From contig AP039692.1 of NCBI GenBank assembly GCA_051599415.1, positions 558,001-622,000 on the forward strand: a DNA stretch of 64,000 bases, given 5' to 3'. Made by a program: the position numbers and the translations under genes. The notes beneath the pieces are model-generated. The model saw only the letters and a program-made list of their open reading frames with translations. It did no database searches and was not told the origin of the DNA. Below are positions 43,001 through 54,054 of the stretch, one piece after another. The number at the start of each line of letters is the position of its first letter. Within the stretch, counting starts at the first letter, position 1. This DNA comes from Savitreella phatthalungensis. Its lineage: Eukaryota.

Positions 43001-43585
43001 GACCGGCAAGTACAGAAGCACTCGACAAGCGTCAGAGAATGCTGTTGAATGACTTGCTGTTGTGATATGATTGTATTGCTAGTTGAGTAGGAGGATGAGT
43101 TTTGACTTTGTCCCCGCAGTATCTCGGGATTGTGTTCATTTTGTGTTGCAATGTGGAGTAGAGTAGAGTGTGTGCATGTGCAAGATGGAATTGGTGCATC
43201 GGTGAAATTTCAATTTATTTTTAGGTCATTCGGTGATTGCCGACTGCGATTGTATTTGTGGATGCACGCGTGTGGACGAATGGTCTAACGGAAGAATGGA
43301 CGGATGGAATGCTGGATGGATGTATGGATGGTGTTGGCGCAGGACGTCGGTCAATGTCCGGTCTATATCCGAGTGACTCAAGCACGGGTGGTCCAAGTAC
43401 AGGACATTCTCTCTGAATATCGGTGAATCAATGTGCGTGTGGATTTGACTACAGACTATAGCTAGCATAGAAGATATACCTCTCTCATTAAGTGTCTCAT
43501 TAAATGTGGCGTTCAACCGAGCGACCGAGGCCTCGATGGTGGTTTTGAATCAGAACATTCCTTCCCTTCTCCTTAATGGGCAGTG

Positions 43586-44464
43586 TCAGATGAAGAGCAT
43601 CGTCGACGCCAGGATGGCCATGAGCATGCCGGCGAGTGGGGTGAGAGCAGTTTTGGCGGCAGACGATGTGACGAGCTCGGGAGTTCTGTTGGCGACTGCG
43701 GATGCGGTCGTGGTAGGCGATCGGGCAGGTACAGTCACCAGGATCATCGACGTCGATGTGATTCGGCGCTGTGCGGTGTCTCCTCCTGCGGAAACAGTGT
43801 TGCCTGCCATATCGACCACCACGACCACAGAAGATGTGGAGACGGCGGCACCGATCGGTAAAGGTGTGCTGCTCGAAAGCGTCGTCGGCGTTGCTGTATT
43901 GCCCGTGTTTACAGTCAGAAAGATCGTACTGAATGGGGCAGTCGTTGTGGTTGTGGTCGTCGCGGTGGATGGGAACTCAGTGGAGACGGTGATTGGACGG
44001 TCTGTCACTGTGGCTGTAGCCTGACCATTCACGTTGACCTGGACGTTGACCTCGTTGATTTGGATCACCGTGTAGATGGTCTGCCGTCCTGAGACTGTGG
44101 TCGTCACCGGCACCGTCACAGTTTCGTACGAGAAATAGCTCGACGATGAGCTGCTCGCAGCAGAAGAACTTGTGGCAGAGCTCGTGGGAATCTCGCTGCT
44201 GCTCGAGCTCGCTGAGTCTGCGGTAGAGGAAGTGACTGGGACAGGGAAGATTCCTGCATCTCCACTTGAATCAGAGGATGTTGTGGCGAGGGTGACGCTG
44301 GCGCTGACAGAGCTTGCGGATGCACTTGAACTCGACACAGATGCGCTGCTCGAGTTGTAGCTTGCCCTGCTGGAGGATGATCGAGAGGAGGATGGGGACA
44401 TTGAGAATTGAGCAGAAACTTGAGTCGCTGCCAGGCCGAGCATTAACAGGGTATTATACAACAT
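43586..44464 (-). CDS. Ser/Thr-rich secreted, probably GPI-anchored cell-surface protein
   Basis: Signal peptide MLYNTLLMLGLAATQVSA, S/T-rich body, SSAA followed by a hydrophobic C-terminus. Confidence 0.82.
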   Translation of the reverse strand: MLYNTLLMLGLAATQVSAQFSMSPSSSRSSSSRASYNSSSASVSSSSASASSVSASVTLATTSSDSSGDAGIFPVPVTSSTADSASSSSSEIPTSSATSSSAASSSSSSYFSYETVTVPVTTTVSGRQTIYTVIQINEVNVQVNVNGQATATVTDRPITVSTEFPSTATTTTTTTAPFSTIFLTVNTGNTATPTTLSSSTPLPIGAAVSTSSVVVVVDMAGNTVSAGGDTAQRRITSTSMILVTVPARSPTTTASAVANRTPELVTSSAAKTALTPLAGMLMAILASTMLFI

Positions 44465-44770
44465 ATTGTCGCCTAAGGATGTTGAAAGGTCGCTGGAAAG
44501 AAAGAGAAGAGGACAAGCACTGCTGAAAGAGATTCGCGTTCAATGGTAGATGTCAAGGTGCGACCGAAGGACTTCTTAAAGAATGGTTGAAGGTTGATTG
44601 CAGACAAGCTTTTTCATATTGGCTTGTGGGCGATTGCGGCTGGAAGACTTTGTGGAAGTGATCGACGATGCATGATTGCTGCTGCGGACCGATGACGAAG
44701 TGTTTTCCATCTATTGTCCAGGTTTGGAAGCTTTTTACTTTTACGCGGTGGTGTTGGAGAAAGCTGCAGT

Positions 44771-44811
44771 TCCTGCTCCTGCTTCTGCTCCTGCTCCTGC
44801 TCCTGCTTCTG
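44771..44811. repeat. (TCCTGC)n hexamer repeat, about 7 imperfect copies
   Basis: tcctgctcctgcttctgctcctgctcctgctcctgcttctg. Confidence 0.8.
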
Positions 44812-44973
44812 TGAACGGTCGATTCTGATGGGTGGGTGGGGGTGGGTGCTGATGGAGGTTGAAGGATTGATTGCATGGTCAATGTGGTCATCGACCCTAG
44901 AATGGACGAGAAGTTGGACAACCGCAGTCAACCGTCAGTAGATTCAAACTTGAGCTGGAAGTTACACGTTGGC

Positions 44974-44985
44974 TTACCCGGGTAA
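44974..44985. promoter_or_regulatory. Perfect 12-bp palindrome TTACCCGGGTAA (two opposed Reb1-type cores)
   Basis: Contains TTACCCG on both strands, about 510 bp upstream of the GPI-protein ATG. Confidence 0.35.
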
Positions 44986-45517
44986 ATGCTTAACCTCCGA
45001 GGAAACAGAGGAAATAGGGAAGTCTAACTCGGGTGGCTTGCGTGAATTTACTTTGCTTTTGTTTCACAGTGTGTTTGAATACCAGCTTGTCTAGCTTGGC
45101 CTGCAGGTTGGTGACTGGCATACATCATCCTCATATGGCTACTGAGGGGAGGCTAGTTTGAATTGGTACAGTAGTGGAGTCTTTCAACCGCCATGTGCTA
45201 CGAAAAGTTGATTTAACTTGTTGAACAGGTCCGAATTTGAGCGGAATTTTCATTGGCTACTAAATTTAGCTCTCTGCATGTGCTTATGATGGCGTATAGG
45301 AGAAACGGGAAATCAGGCCGATGGGGACACCTGAAGCAAGAGCACGATCAACAGGGTCAGGAGTCAGATAGCTCGTTGCATTCATTCATCCATATTCCTT
45401 GCACGCCACGACCTCTTCTTCCGCTCGAGTCATCCAGCTTCCGAGTAATGAAGAGAGTCGCCCTCGCTTGCACTCACCTGTCAAAATCTAAAGTAGTTCA
45501 GACTCTCAGAAGTCCTA

Positions 45518-46876
45518 CTATGCTGGTGGGAGTCGATCGATTTCTTGACGGTGAGGGATGGTAGATTCCGTCAGTTCGAGCAACTCCACAGCTTCCTTCC
45601 ACGTCGCCATGTCAATCGTCACAACCCCGTGCTGTGCTTTACCCTTCCGCAGCTTCTCTTGAACATGATCACGAGTGTCCTGCTGCTTCCTATCTTTGCC
45701 ATCCTTGCCGTCCATGTTGTTCTGAGGATTGGCCTTGCTCGCTGAGTCTGAGGAACCCGGTGCGAAACCAGAAGCAGAAGCAGGAGCAGAAGAAGAGAAA
45801 GAAGAAGCAGCAGCAGCAGCAGCAGATGGGTCGATCGCTTCAACAACCTGCAGCCCTTCGTCGTTCTCATAAATCCGTGCACGGCCTTCGCGGACGAGGA
45901 AAGCGAGCGAGAAGATGTTCTCTACAGTCTGGGAGAAGCTTTTCGGGTTGCACACAAAGGTGAAGAGGTCGATAGGGGACTCTTGCTGGAGGATTCTGGC
46001 AACGAGCATGGTCTGCTTTGTGGTCGAATTTGATGACGCCACGCCAACTGTGTCACGCTCAGTGAGCTCCTTCGGCTTCGCCTGCTCACCACGTGCATGC
46101 CGACGATGCTCTCTGGCCTGGTGCTGAACGCGCTCTCGACGCTCCATCTGGAGTGGACCGAGCAGGAAATCTGACGTCGGTGGTCGCATACTGTTGCGGG
46201 TGAAGATCTGCGCGAGTTTCTCTAGTCCGGCCCTCTGAGCGTCTCTGCTGGGATCGTTGCTCTTGCATAACGTTGCCACCTTGCCCATGAATTCGTCAAG
46301 ACTCAGGGTCTCCCTCCCGCGCTTAATGTTGCGGGCACAGGTCTGGGCGAGCGCAGCAGTATGCAAAAGGACACGAGAATCCAGATTGGCCTCCTGCGGC
46401 CGCTCGACAGTAGCGTAGAGTGTATTTGCGCGCTGCAAGACATCCTTCAGCAGCCTCGGTCCTGTCTGCGTGGGCGTAATGAAGGTTGCTGGATCCGTCG
46501 AAGCTGTGCCGGTGGTATCTTCTTGGTCGTCCTCCAGGACAAAACCGCCATTGAGTTGGGCAGATGTGCTGAGGCTGGCATCTGTCTGTGTTTGCTGCGT
46601 GCGAGTCAAAGAGCGAGATTGACTGGGACCGAGTTGACTGCTTGCCTGGGTAATGTCGACCCGTCTCTCTTCCAAGAATCTGAGCTGATCGCGGAATCCT
46701 TTCCTCTGATCGCGGAGTTGCTTTGCTGTAAGTGATGATTTAGAGGCATTCCTGCCTGACATGGGCGTGTGCGGACGGATGTTCTCCTTGTCCGTGTCTG
46801 GAGCGTTGACGTGATGACCTTTGCGGGTTTGCAGAGGTGGCTGTGACGGATGAGGGACGGCGGCGATGCTCGGCAT
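45518..46876 (-). CDS. NSE4: SMC5/6 kleisin subunit Nse4
   Basis: VERPQEANLDSR, DFLLGPLQ.E, LFTFVCNPKSFSQTVENIFSLAFLVREG, WKEAVELLELTESTIPHR. Confidence 0.93.
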   Translation of the reverse strand: MPSIAAVPHPSQPPLQTRKGHHVNAPDTDKENIRPHTPMSGRNASKSSLTAKQLRDQRKGFRDQLRFLEERRVDITQASSQLGPSQSRSLTRTQQTQTDASLSTSAQLNGGFVLEDDQEDTTGTASTDPATFITPTQTGPRLLKDVLQRANTLYATVERPQEANLDSRVLLHTAALAQTCARNIKRGRETLSLDEFMGKVATLCKSNDPSRDAQRAGLEKLAQIFTRNSMRPPTSDFLLGPLQMERRERVQHQAREHRRHARGEQAKPKELTERDTVGVASSNSTTKQTMLVARILQQESPIDLFTFVCNPKSFSQTVENIFSLAFLVREGRARIYENDEGLQVVEAIDPSAAAAAASSFSSSAPASASGFAPGSSDSASKANPQNNMDGKDGKDRKQQDTRDHVQEKLRKGKAQHGVVTIDMATWKEAVELLELTESTIPHRQEIDRLPPA

Positions 46877-48612
46877 AGTCTGCGCCTGAACTCAAAAAGA
46901 CGAGTGAACTGACGAAGGCCTGTGTAAGGTGGATCGAGTGGAATGTAGCGATTGTATGCGTCAATGACAAGAGCGATTGCTGAGAGAGGGAGAGAAAGAT
47001 TCTAGATTAGTTGAGGATATACAGTACGTGGAAAGTGACGCGTGCTTTGAGGTATAAGCAGACAGTGCATGATGATGAGACGCGTCTACGGGATTTATTT
47101 TTCCGATTCACCTATCGATCCAGCAATCCATCAATCAAGCAATCAATTGTGCATTTCATGTCAATCAATACACACATCAATATATTGCATATGTGTTTTG
47201 CTGGTGAATGCAGGAACATAACCAACGTTACCCAATATTGGGTACGCAAGTCGGGTAAGGGCTGGCTGGGTGCGCAAGTCGGGGGTATCAGGCGAATGGA
47301 CAATTGATCAAATACACTCGCTGCTTATCGTAGGAATGCTGAAGCAATAGACGATGCGTGACCCCATGCTGTTCGTCACTAGACACAGATGAGATCACTT
47401 GAGCTGTCTTAAATGATTGTTCGAAATGACCCAACCATGGATACTGCCAGTGGCACACGCAATCTACACCGAGAGCCTCCAAGTCACCTGCGATCCATAG
47501 AAGGACCGTTGGATCTTCAGTCTAGCGCTCCCCCAAGTCAAGTCATGGGTTCTGTGGCTACTAGTGCTCGAGAGGATGGATGAGTACTCAATCACTGACT
47601 CTGACCACAGCTGTAGTACTCATTGACGCTGTAGGTGGATTGACCACCCATTCTGGATCATCCCGTGCTCTTCAAAACGCAGACCTAAACTCTCTATATA
47701 TATTGTATGCTGCAGAGCAAGAAAAGTGACTGAAAAGTGACTGAACTGATACCTCGAATTATTTGACTACAGTTGAGTATAAGTAATACTGAGTAAGAAT
47801 AATGCAGGATTCGGGTAGATGACCAATCGAAGTGCTTCTATGTCAGTCCCCATGGGTTTAATAGGAACCAGATATCCTATTCGGTAGTACCCGAACTCCA
47901 GCAACCCACCGACCATACACCTGCTGGAAACCTGTGACGCCTACTGAGAAGCTCAACACTTTATTTGGGCTCATCTGATCTCGTTCAGAGTCTGTCAGCT
48001 ATGTCATCTATTCATCTCCTTTAGTATGATCTCAGCTGGATTCCTGACCGGCGACAAAGTTACCAGCAAGTATACGACATGGATGGATAAATGAAGTGAA
48101 CCTATCTACAACCAGTCTAACCACATGAACTCATCCCATCTTCCATCCCCATATCCATGTATCCACATCCATATCCATCCCATCCTGTCCTCCAGCTTCT
48201 CCCCCATAACCTCACTAAACTCAACTCAACTAGGGTCAGAAGTACCGAGATCCCGAGTTTGAGTCATAGATCCTCATCTACAAAATCTTGTCGTTCAGTC
48301 AGTCAAACCTTCTCACTTCAGACGTTCATCTTCGTCATCTACTCTTCTCTACTCTACTCTACTCAACTCACCTTGCACTCCTCTTCAACGTCCATCAGAT
48401 CACGCATCATATCCTCCTTCTTCCATCTCAACCAGAAGAACCCTTCTGAGGTAGACTGACCCAGAGAGTCATCAAACTTACTCATCTACACAGTCATCTA
48501 ACAGGTCATATTATCCGAATCACTCCTACTTTGACAAATTCAAATCTCCTCCCTTCATCAGGCGCATGAGTCCTGTATTGTTCCCTCTTGTATCTCTACC
48601 AACAAGCCAACC

Positions 48613-50283
48613 ATGCGCGGCCTACCCAAACAACAGCTCACTGTGCTTGCACTCTGTCGCTTCAGTGAGCCAATCGCCTACACCTCGGTCAACCCGTACC
48701 TCTTCAACATGATCAGGGATATGCACATCTCAGATGACCCAAAGCGCATCGCAACCTACGGCGGCATGCTAGGCAGTGTCTTCTCACTCGGCTCCTTCCT
48801 CTCAGGCCTCGCCTGGGGCAGAGCCAGCGACCGATTCGGAAGAAAGCCAATAGTCCTCCTAGGTCTTTTCGGCACAGTCGTATCCCTCCTCGTCTTCGGT
48901 ACCTCCTTGACAATCTACCAGGCAATCATCGCCCGATTCGCCAACGGTCTGCTCAACGGCAACGTCGGCGTCATCCGCACCATGGTAGCAGAACTTGTCC
49001 CCGACAAGCGTTACCAGGCGACAGCCTTCTCCATCATGCCGATCGTCTGGAGTGCAGGGTCGATCCTCGGACCCACAATCGGCGGACTTCTCGCAGACCC
49101 GGTCCACTCAATGCCTAAAGCCTTTAGCCACAGCCGCCTTTTCACAAAATTCCCGTATCTGCTGCCGAACCTCGTCGCCGCGGTCGGACTGGCCATCTCG
49201 ATGATCTGTGGATGGCTTTTCATCAGGGAGACACTAGGTCCACGCGTGTACGATCGTGACGCTGGCAGAGAAGTCGCCGCGTGGATCGGACGCACGTGTT
49301 GCTCCAGCTGCGGCGGCGGCAAACGCCGACCAGGTCACAGTAACCGGATACATGGTCACCGACGAGAGTTCTCTGCCCTCTCGACAGATTCAGAGATGGA
49401 GCACGGGCTGCTTGCGAGCGGTCGTCCATCGACGTCCGGCACTGCTGCCGCTGCACTCTCTACCATGGACGAGCCTGTGACGAAAGATGCGGCATCGACG
49501 CCACTTCCGCCACCAGCCCTACGCGAGCTCCTGACACCTCAGGTGACGCTGAACGTGACGACCTACGCCATCATGTGCTTCCACACCATCACCTTCGACT
49601 CAATATTCCCACTCTTCATCGCGACATCCGTCGCAGACGGCGGACTCGGCCTCGACCCAGCCACGATCGGTATGTGCATGTCTGTGGTGGGAGCGAGCAC
49701 GATGCTCTGTCAGATCGTGGTCTACCCTCCGACGCAACGTCGCTTTGGCAGTGCCTGGTGCATGCGAGTCTTTTCTCTCCTGAACGCTGTTGTGTACCTG
49801 CTGGTGCCCCTGCTCCCGCACCTGGCCGGTCGCGAGCGCTGGCAGATCCTGTTGGGCGTCTGCCTTGTCTCTGCGCTGAAATTCTCCGTCGGCACATTCC
49901 TCTACCCGTCCTCTGCCATCCTCGTCACCAACAGCGTCCCTACAAAGCGCCTTCTCGGCTCAGTCAACGGCCTCAACCAAGCCTCAGGCTCCTTCGCCAG
50001 AATGCTAGGACCCACCTTGTTCGGCATCCTCCTCACCTACGCTCTCGAATCACATCGCCCGCAACTCTGCTGGTGGACGCTCTCGCTCATGAGCATATGC
50101 ACCTTCATCCTAAGCTGCTTCCTCGTCGAAGACGTCTATCCCGAAGTCACCACCTCCTCATCATCACAAGATCAAATGTCCGACTCGGATGATGACGACG
50201 ATGGTGTCCTAACACCTCCACATCCACATACCCGCATCGCTATACCAGCCGATCTCCCTAGTCCCAGACTCCCACGGACCTGA
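48613..50283 (+). CDS. MFS transporter (ZIFL/YCR023C-like, drug:H+ antiporter-related)
   Basis: WGRASDRFGRKP (MFS motif A), GLLNGNVGVIRTMVAE, about 12 hydrophobic helices. Confidence 0.92.
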   Translation: MRGLPKQQLTVLALCRFSEPIAYTSVNPYLFNMIRDMHISDDPKRIATYGGMLGSVFSLGSFLSGLAWGRASDRFGRKPIVLLGLFGTVVSLLVFGTSLTIYQAIIARFANGLLNGNVGVIRTMVAELVPDKRYQATAFSIMPIVWSAGSILGPTIGGLLADPVHSMPKAFSHSRLFTKFPYLLPNLVAAVGLAISMICGWLFIRETLGPRVYDRDAGREVAAWIGRTCCSSCGGGKRRPGHSNRIHGHRREFSALSTDSEMEHGLLASGRPSTSGTAAAALSTMDEPVTKDAASTPLPPPALRELLTPQVTLNVTTYAIMCFHTITFDSIFPLFIATSVADGGLGLDPATIGMCMSVVGASTMLCQIVVYPPTQRRFGSAWCMRVFSLLNAVVYLLVPLLPHLAGRERWQILLGVCLVSALKFSVGTFLYPSSAILVTNSVPTKRLLGSVNGLNQASGSFARMLGPTLFGILLTYALESHRPQLCWWTLSLMSICTFILSCFLVEDVYPEVTTSSSSQDQMSDSDDDDDGVLTPPHPHTRIAIPADLPSPRLPRT

Positions 50284-50394
50284 TCCACTATCTCACAACG
50301 AGGTATTGTACATAGTCATGCAAGATTTTTGTAACGAATAAAAAGTGTCAACTTCAATTTTCCTTAGGTTGCTATACGTAGAAGGTGCGCGGAG

Positions 50395-52797
50395 CTACGA
50401 TTGTCGCTGCTGCTGGTGCTGGTGCTGGGAGGATGAGAGACCTAGTTTGTTATAGTCGATTGGGTTAGCTTCATGCTCTGACCTGAGTAATGCTGCTGCT
50501 GCGGCGCTAGCGTAGTCTAGGTTGGCTCCGCGTTTGGGTTTGTCGTCGTCGTCGGCGGTGGTGGGAGCGGTCATCGAGGGAGCAAAGAGTGCAGGAGCAC
50601 AGTACGCACAGGCCAACCGGTCTACACCGGATGAAGCGGCAGAGTCCTTTGGCGTCGGAGACGATCGTCTAGAGGCAGGCGTCGATGACGGAGCAGACGG
50701 CTGGATGGAACCTTGTGGAAGAGGTTTCAGCATCACGAGCTCGCCTGAAGTGCCACAAGACGAGCAGACGCGCCCATTTCCTCCAGACGGTTTGGATGAT
50801 TGTTGGGCGGTGGGGGTCTTCGAGCCAGATTGGTCGTATAGGCCAGCGGAGATGAGCGGGTCGAATGGGGTGAAGGCTGCGAGATCAGCTGCGTCAGGAG
50901 CGGGAGGTAAGGTCGAGGGTGCGTGTGATGAGGGCTTTTGGTCCTTTGTCGTCTTGGACTTGGCCGTCGGGTCGGTCGACGCGTCACCTGAAGCAGCCGC
51001 GGCAGCCGCTGCTGCTACACGCTCCTTCGCCACGACGTCCTTTGGCTTCACTTTGCCTTGGCGGCGGCGCTCGCGCAGGTAGCACGAGTTGCACAGCGGC
51101 GCACCGTCTGCTCGCTTACGCCATGCAGGCGACCAACGGGTATTGCATGACCTGCAAGCACGCTCGGCGCTTACTAGCGGCATCTGTGCGGGCGTCTTAC
51201 TGGGCGTTGGTGTGGCAGGTGAAGTTGATCCCTGCTGTTGATTATGCTGCTGCTGCTGTTGTTGTTGCTGTTGCTGCTGATTGTGCAGAGCTTGCTGATG
51301 CAACGGTTGCTGCTTTGCATGTGGCTGGGGAGCATTGCGGGCGGCGCTCCGGTCGTGCTGAGGGATACGTGGTTGAGGGGAGGAAGACATGCCAAATTGC
51401 GATAGGTCGAGCAGACCGTTGCTGGTGGCGCTGCCCTGTGACCTGGACGGTTGGTCAGCTCTGCCGCCGGCAGTCTCCGTCCCAGTTGCACCGTTGGACG
51501 GGCTCGACTCTAGGTCATTTGCACGGGCTACAGCTTCCGCGATGAGGGCCGGGTCGATCTGCATCAAATGCATCGTGCGTGGAGATGCTTGAGCCTCGAG
51601 CTCAGCAGCAGCCACATTCGCTAGCCTCTGTTCTTCCGGGTCAGGCTTGCCACCAGCGGTGGCGCCGTCCTGCAGGAGGTGCGGCTGTGGGGCTTCATGA
51701 CGAGGCTGTGGCACGCCGGAGGATGAGGAGTTGGTCGCGGCCTTCGCCTGAGCAGCCTGTAGCTGCTGCTGTTGACGTTGCTGCTGGAGTTCCTGTCGTT
51801 GCTGCTGCTGGCGCATCTGCTGATCACCTTTGAACTTGGGCTTCGGACCACGCGGCATAGCCTGGTACGTGCCTGCGGCTTTTTGCTCCTTGATGACCTG
51901 CTTTCTGAAGCGAAGTCCACACTTGTTGCACAATAGCTCGCCGTCGAGGTGTCTGCGCCAGACACTTGTCTCGCGTGTACCGCACTCTGAACATTGCTTG
52001 TCAGGTCGCGGCGTAGGGTGCTTACGCTTCTTCTTCTCGCCATCGACAGGACTGTTGCCGCCCGTGGGTGAATCGAACGTGCCTGTTGTGTCTTCCATGC
52101 CGCTTGCGAGCTGATCTTCGGCAGAGCTCTTGCGCTTGCGCTTTTTCATCGACGGATCTGTGGCTGAAGGTGCTGGAGATCCACCGGCAGAAGATGATCC
52201 ATCGTAGCCGCCGCCATTCAAGTACTGTAGCATGGATGCGGAGAAGGGCGGATTCGCGAGCTGATTGTGGTGTGTGCTGATGGGCGTGTTGGCAGAGTCG
52301 TTGTCAGAGTCCATCTCGAAGCCTGTGATGAGCGGTGTGCCGTCGTCTGCCTGAGCTTTGCGTTCCTTTGCGCCTGTGTTGATGCGGCGTCCGTTGCTAC
52401 CGCTGCTGCCGCCACCGTGGTGACCGCCGAGGTGCGGGTGGTTGCCGTGAGGTCCGTCGGGGTTGCCGAAATGGGTTCCACTGTAGGTGGATGCTCCGCC
52501 GACGTTGTGACCCGAGCTGTGTTGGCGACCGAGTAGATTGTTGTGATGATTGCGATCGGTGCTGACGCTGCCGCTCATGGAGCCTGACACACCGCTGAGC
52601 ATGGCTGCGAAAGTTTCGTCACTGATGCCGACAGCTGTAGGGGAGCCATGACTGGTGGAGGCGCGTGACCCACTGCTCCCTCCACTACTGCCACCTTCGC
52701 CACGGGCCGATGAAGATGATCGAGCTGCAGCGGCGATTTCCACGTGATCTGCAGCCTCTGCCAGTGCGGCAAGACCGATTGATGACGGGAAGCTCAT
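50395..52797 (-). CDS. GATA-type zinc-finger transcription factor with two C-x2-C-x17-C-x2-C fingers and polyQ tracts
   Basis: CSECGTRETSVWRRHLDGELLCNKC and CRSCNTRWSPAWRKRADGAPLCNSC; basic NLS-like runs; polyQ. Confidence 0.88.
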   Translation of the reverse strand: MSFPSSIGLAALAEAADHVEIAAAARSSSSARGEGGSSGGSSGSRASTSHGSPTAVGISDETFAAMLSGVSGSMSGSVSTDRNHHNNLLGRQHSSGHNVGGASTYSGTHFGNPDGPHGNHPHLGGHHGGGSSGSNGRRINTGAKERKAQADDGTPLITGFEMDSDNDSANTPISTHHNQLANPPFSASMLQYLNGGGYDGSSSAGGSPAPSATDPSMKKRKRKSSAEDQLASGMEDTTGTFDSPTGGNSPVDGEKKKRKHPTPRPDKQCSECGTRETSVWRRHLDGELLCNKCGLRFRKQVIKEQKAAGTYQAMPRGPKPKFKGDQQMRQQQQRQELQQQRQQQQLQAAQAKAATNSSSSGVPQPRHEAPQPHLLQDGATAGGKPDPEEQRLANVAAAELEAQASPRTMHLMQIDPALIAEAVARANDLESSPSNGATGTETAGGRADQPSRSQGSATSNGLLDLSQFGMSSSPQPRIPQHDRSAARNAPQPHAKQQPLHQQALHNQQQQQQQQQQQHNQQQGSTSPATPTPSKTPAQMPLVSAERACRSCNTRWSPAWRKRADGAPLCNSCYLRERRRQGKVKPKDVVAKERVAAAAAAAASGDASTDPTAKSKTTKDQKPSSHAPSTLPPAPDAADLAAFTPFDPLISAGLYDQSGSKTPTAQQSSKPSGGNGRVCSSCGTSGELVMLKPLPQGSIQPSAPSSTPASRRSSPTPKDSAASSGVDRLACAYCAPALFAPSMTAPTTADDDDKPKRGANLDYASAAAAALLRSEHEANPIDYNKLGLSSSQHQHQQQRQS

Positions 52798-53330
52798 GTG
52801 ATGCAGGAGATCAAAAGTAAACGCTTTACTCCTGAAGATTCCTTAGCTGTAAGGAAACTGAATGTCCCGCGCGTCGGTAAAGATGATCGGGAGAAGGGTT
52901 GATGCGATATCGGGATGAGGGAGAGATCACTCTGGACCGTTGGAAGTGTAAGGGAATTTGATCAGGTTGACAGGACACTGGTCAGAAGAAATCGAAGCCA
53001 CTTTGTGTAAAGCGTGTGCTGGGAATGACGCTCCGCGGCTGAAGTGCAGGAATCTCGATGCGTGGGGTGTAAGCTGGCTACTGCTTCTGAGTGGGGACAG
53101 TCTACCAGACTTGGAGGAGGACAAGTAGAGGACAGTGCAGTATGGATGTTGTTGCTCTCTCTTTCTCTCTCTTTGTGATTTAGAAGGGTGAAGCGTTTTG
53201 GAAGGATGTCGCGTGTGATTGTGATCCCTGAGATCAATCTCCGAGGGCGATCAGATCAGAAAAGTATCAAAAAAATCAGATCACACACAAGAAAATTTTT
53301 TTCCACTTTGATCGAGGATGGATATCAGTT

Positions 53331-53378
53331 TTGAGAGAGACAGAGAGAGAGAGAGAGAGAGAAGAAGAAGGAGAAGAA
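53331..53378. repeat. GA/GAA polypurine microsatellite upstream of the GATA factor
   Basis: gagagagacagagagagagagagagagagaagaagaaggagaagaag. Confidence 0.8.
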
Positions 53379-54054
53379 GTATCAGAAAAACAACAGTCAA
53401 AAATTAAGTCGAAATTTCAATCAATTGAATGATCAAATAGGGGTCAATTAGCACGTGATTAATAGACATCAATTTGAGAATTTCCAAGTATCACTTTTCC
53501 ACCCATTTAGCATCCATCACTCAATCACTCTGAATGCAGGAAGGAAAAACATCTGATCGATCGTGCATGAAAAGAATTGAGCAGTCACGGGGCTAGTCAC
53601 ATGCAAAGGGAAGAGTTCAGAGCTCCGGATGCATGCCTCCTTGAAAACTGCGTACCGAATGCTTTGACAATTGGTCAAGGAGGATCGATGCAGTAGTGGC
53701 AAGTAAATTTACATGAACAATTAAAGTGTGGCGTCAACGCAACTGGAAGTGTTGATTCTTCATGTGCCACAAATACGCTCCCGATGCACAGGATTTGGAA
53801 ATCCTTGTGACCTTGCATTGACTGACTTCTCCTGTCCGTCACTGCATGCTCTGCGCAACTGCTTCAACCTAACATGCAGCACTTGGTATGTGTTCGAGCT
53901 CATGCCGTTCAGACTGTACAGTAAAGTGTATTGAGTATATTGACGTCACAGAGAAAGTTTGGGGAAATCATTCTTTCCCGTTGATAACCAGTCCTTTCGC
54001 TTCCATCTGCTGTCCTGTCCTGTACAAGTCGTTAATCCCACCTGACCCTCTGCA

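Noticed and set aside
50395..52797. Calling the GATA factor SreA/Fep1
   Set aside because: It lacks the inter-finger Cys-rich iron-sensing region and the conserved finger sequences.
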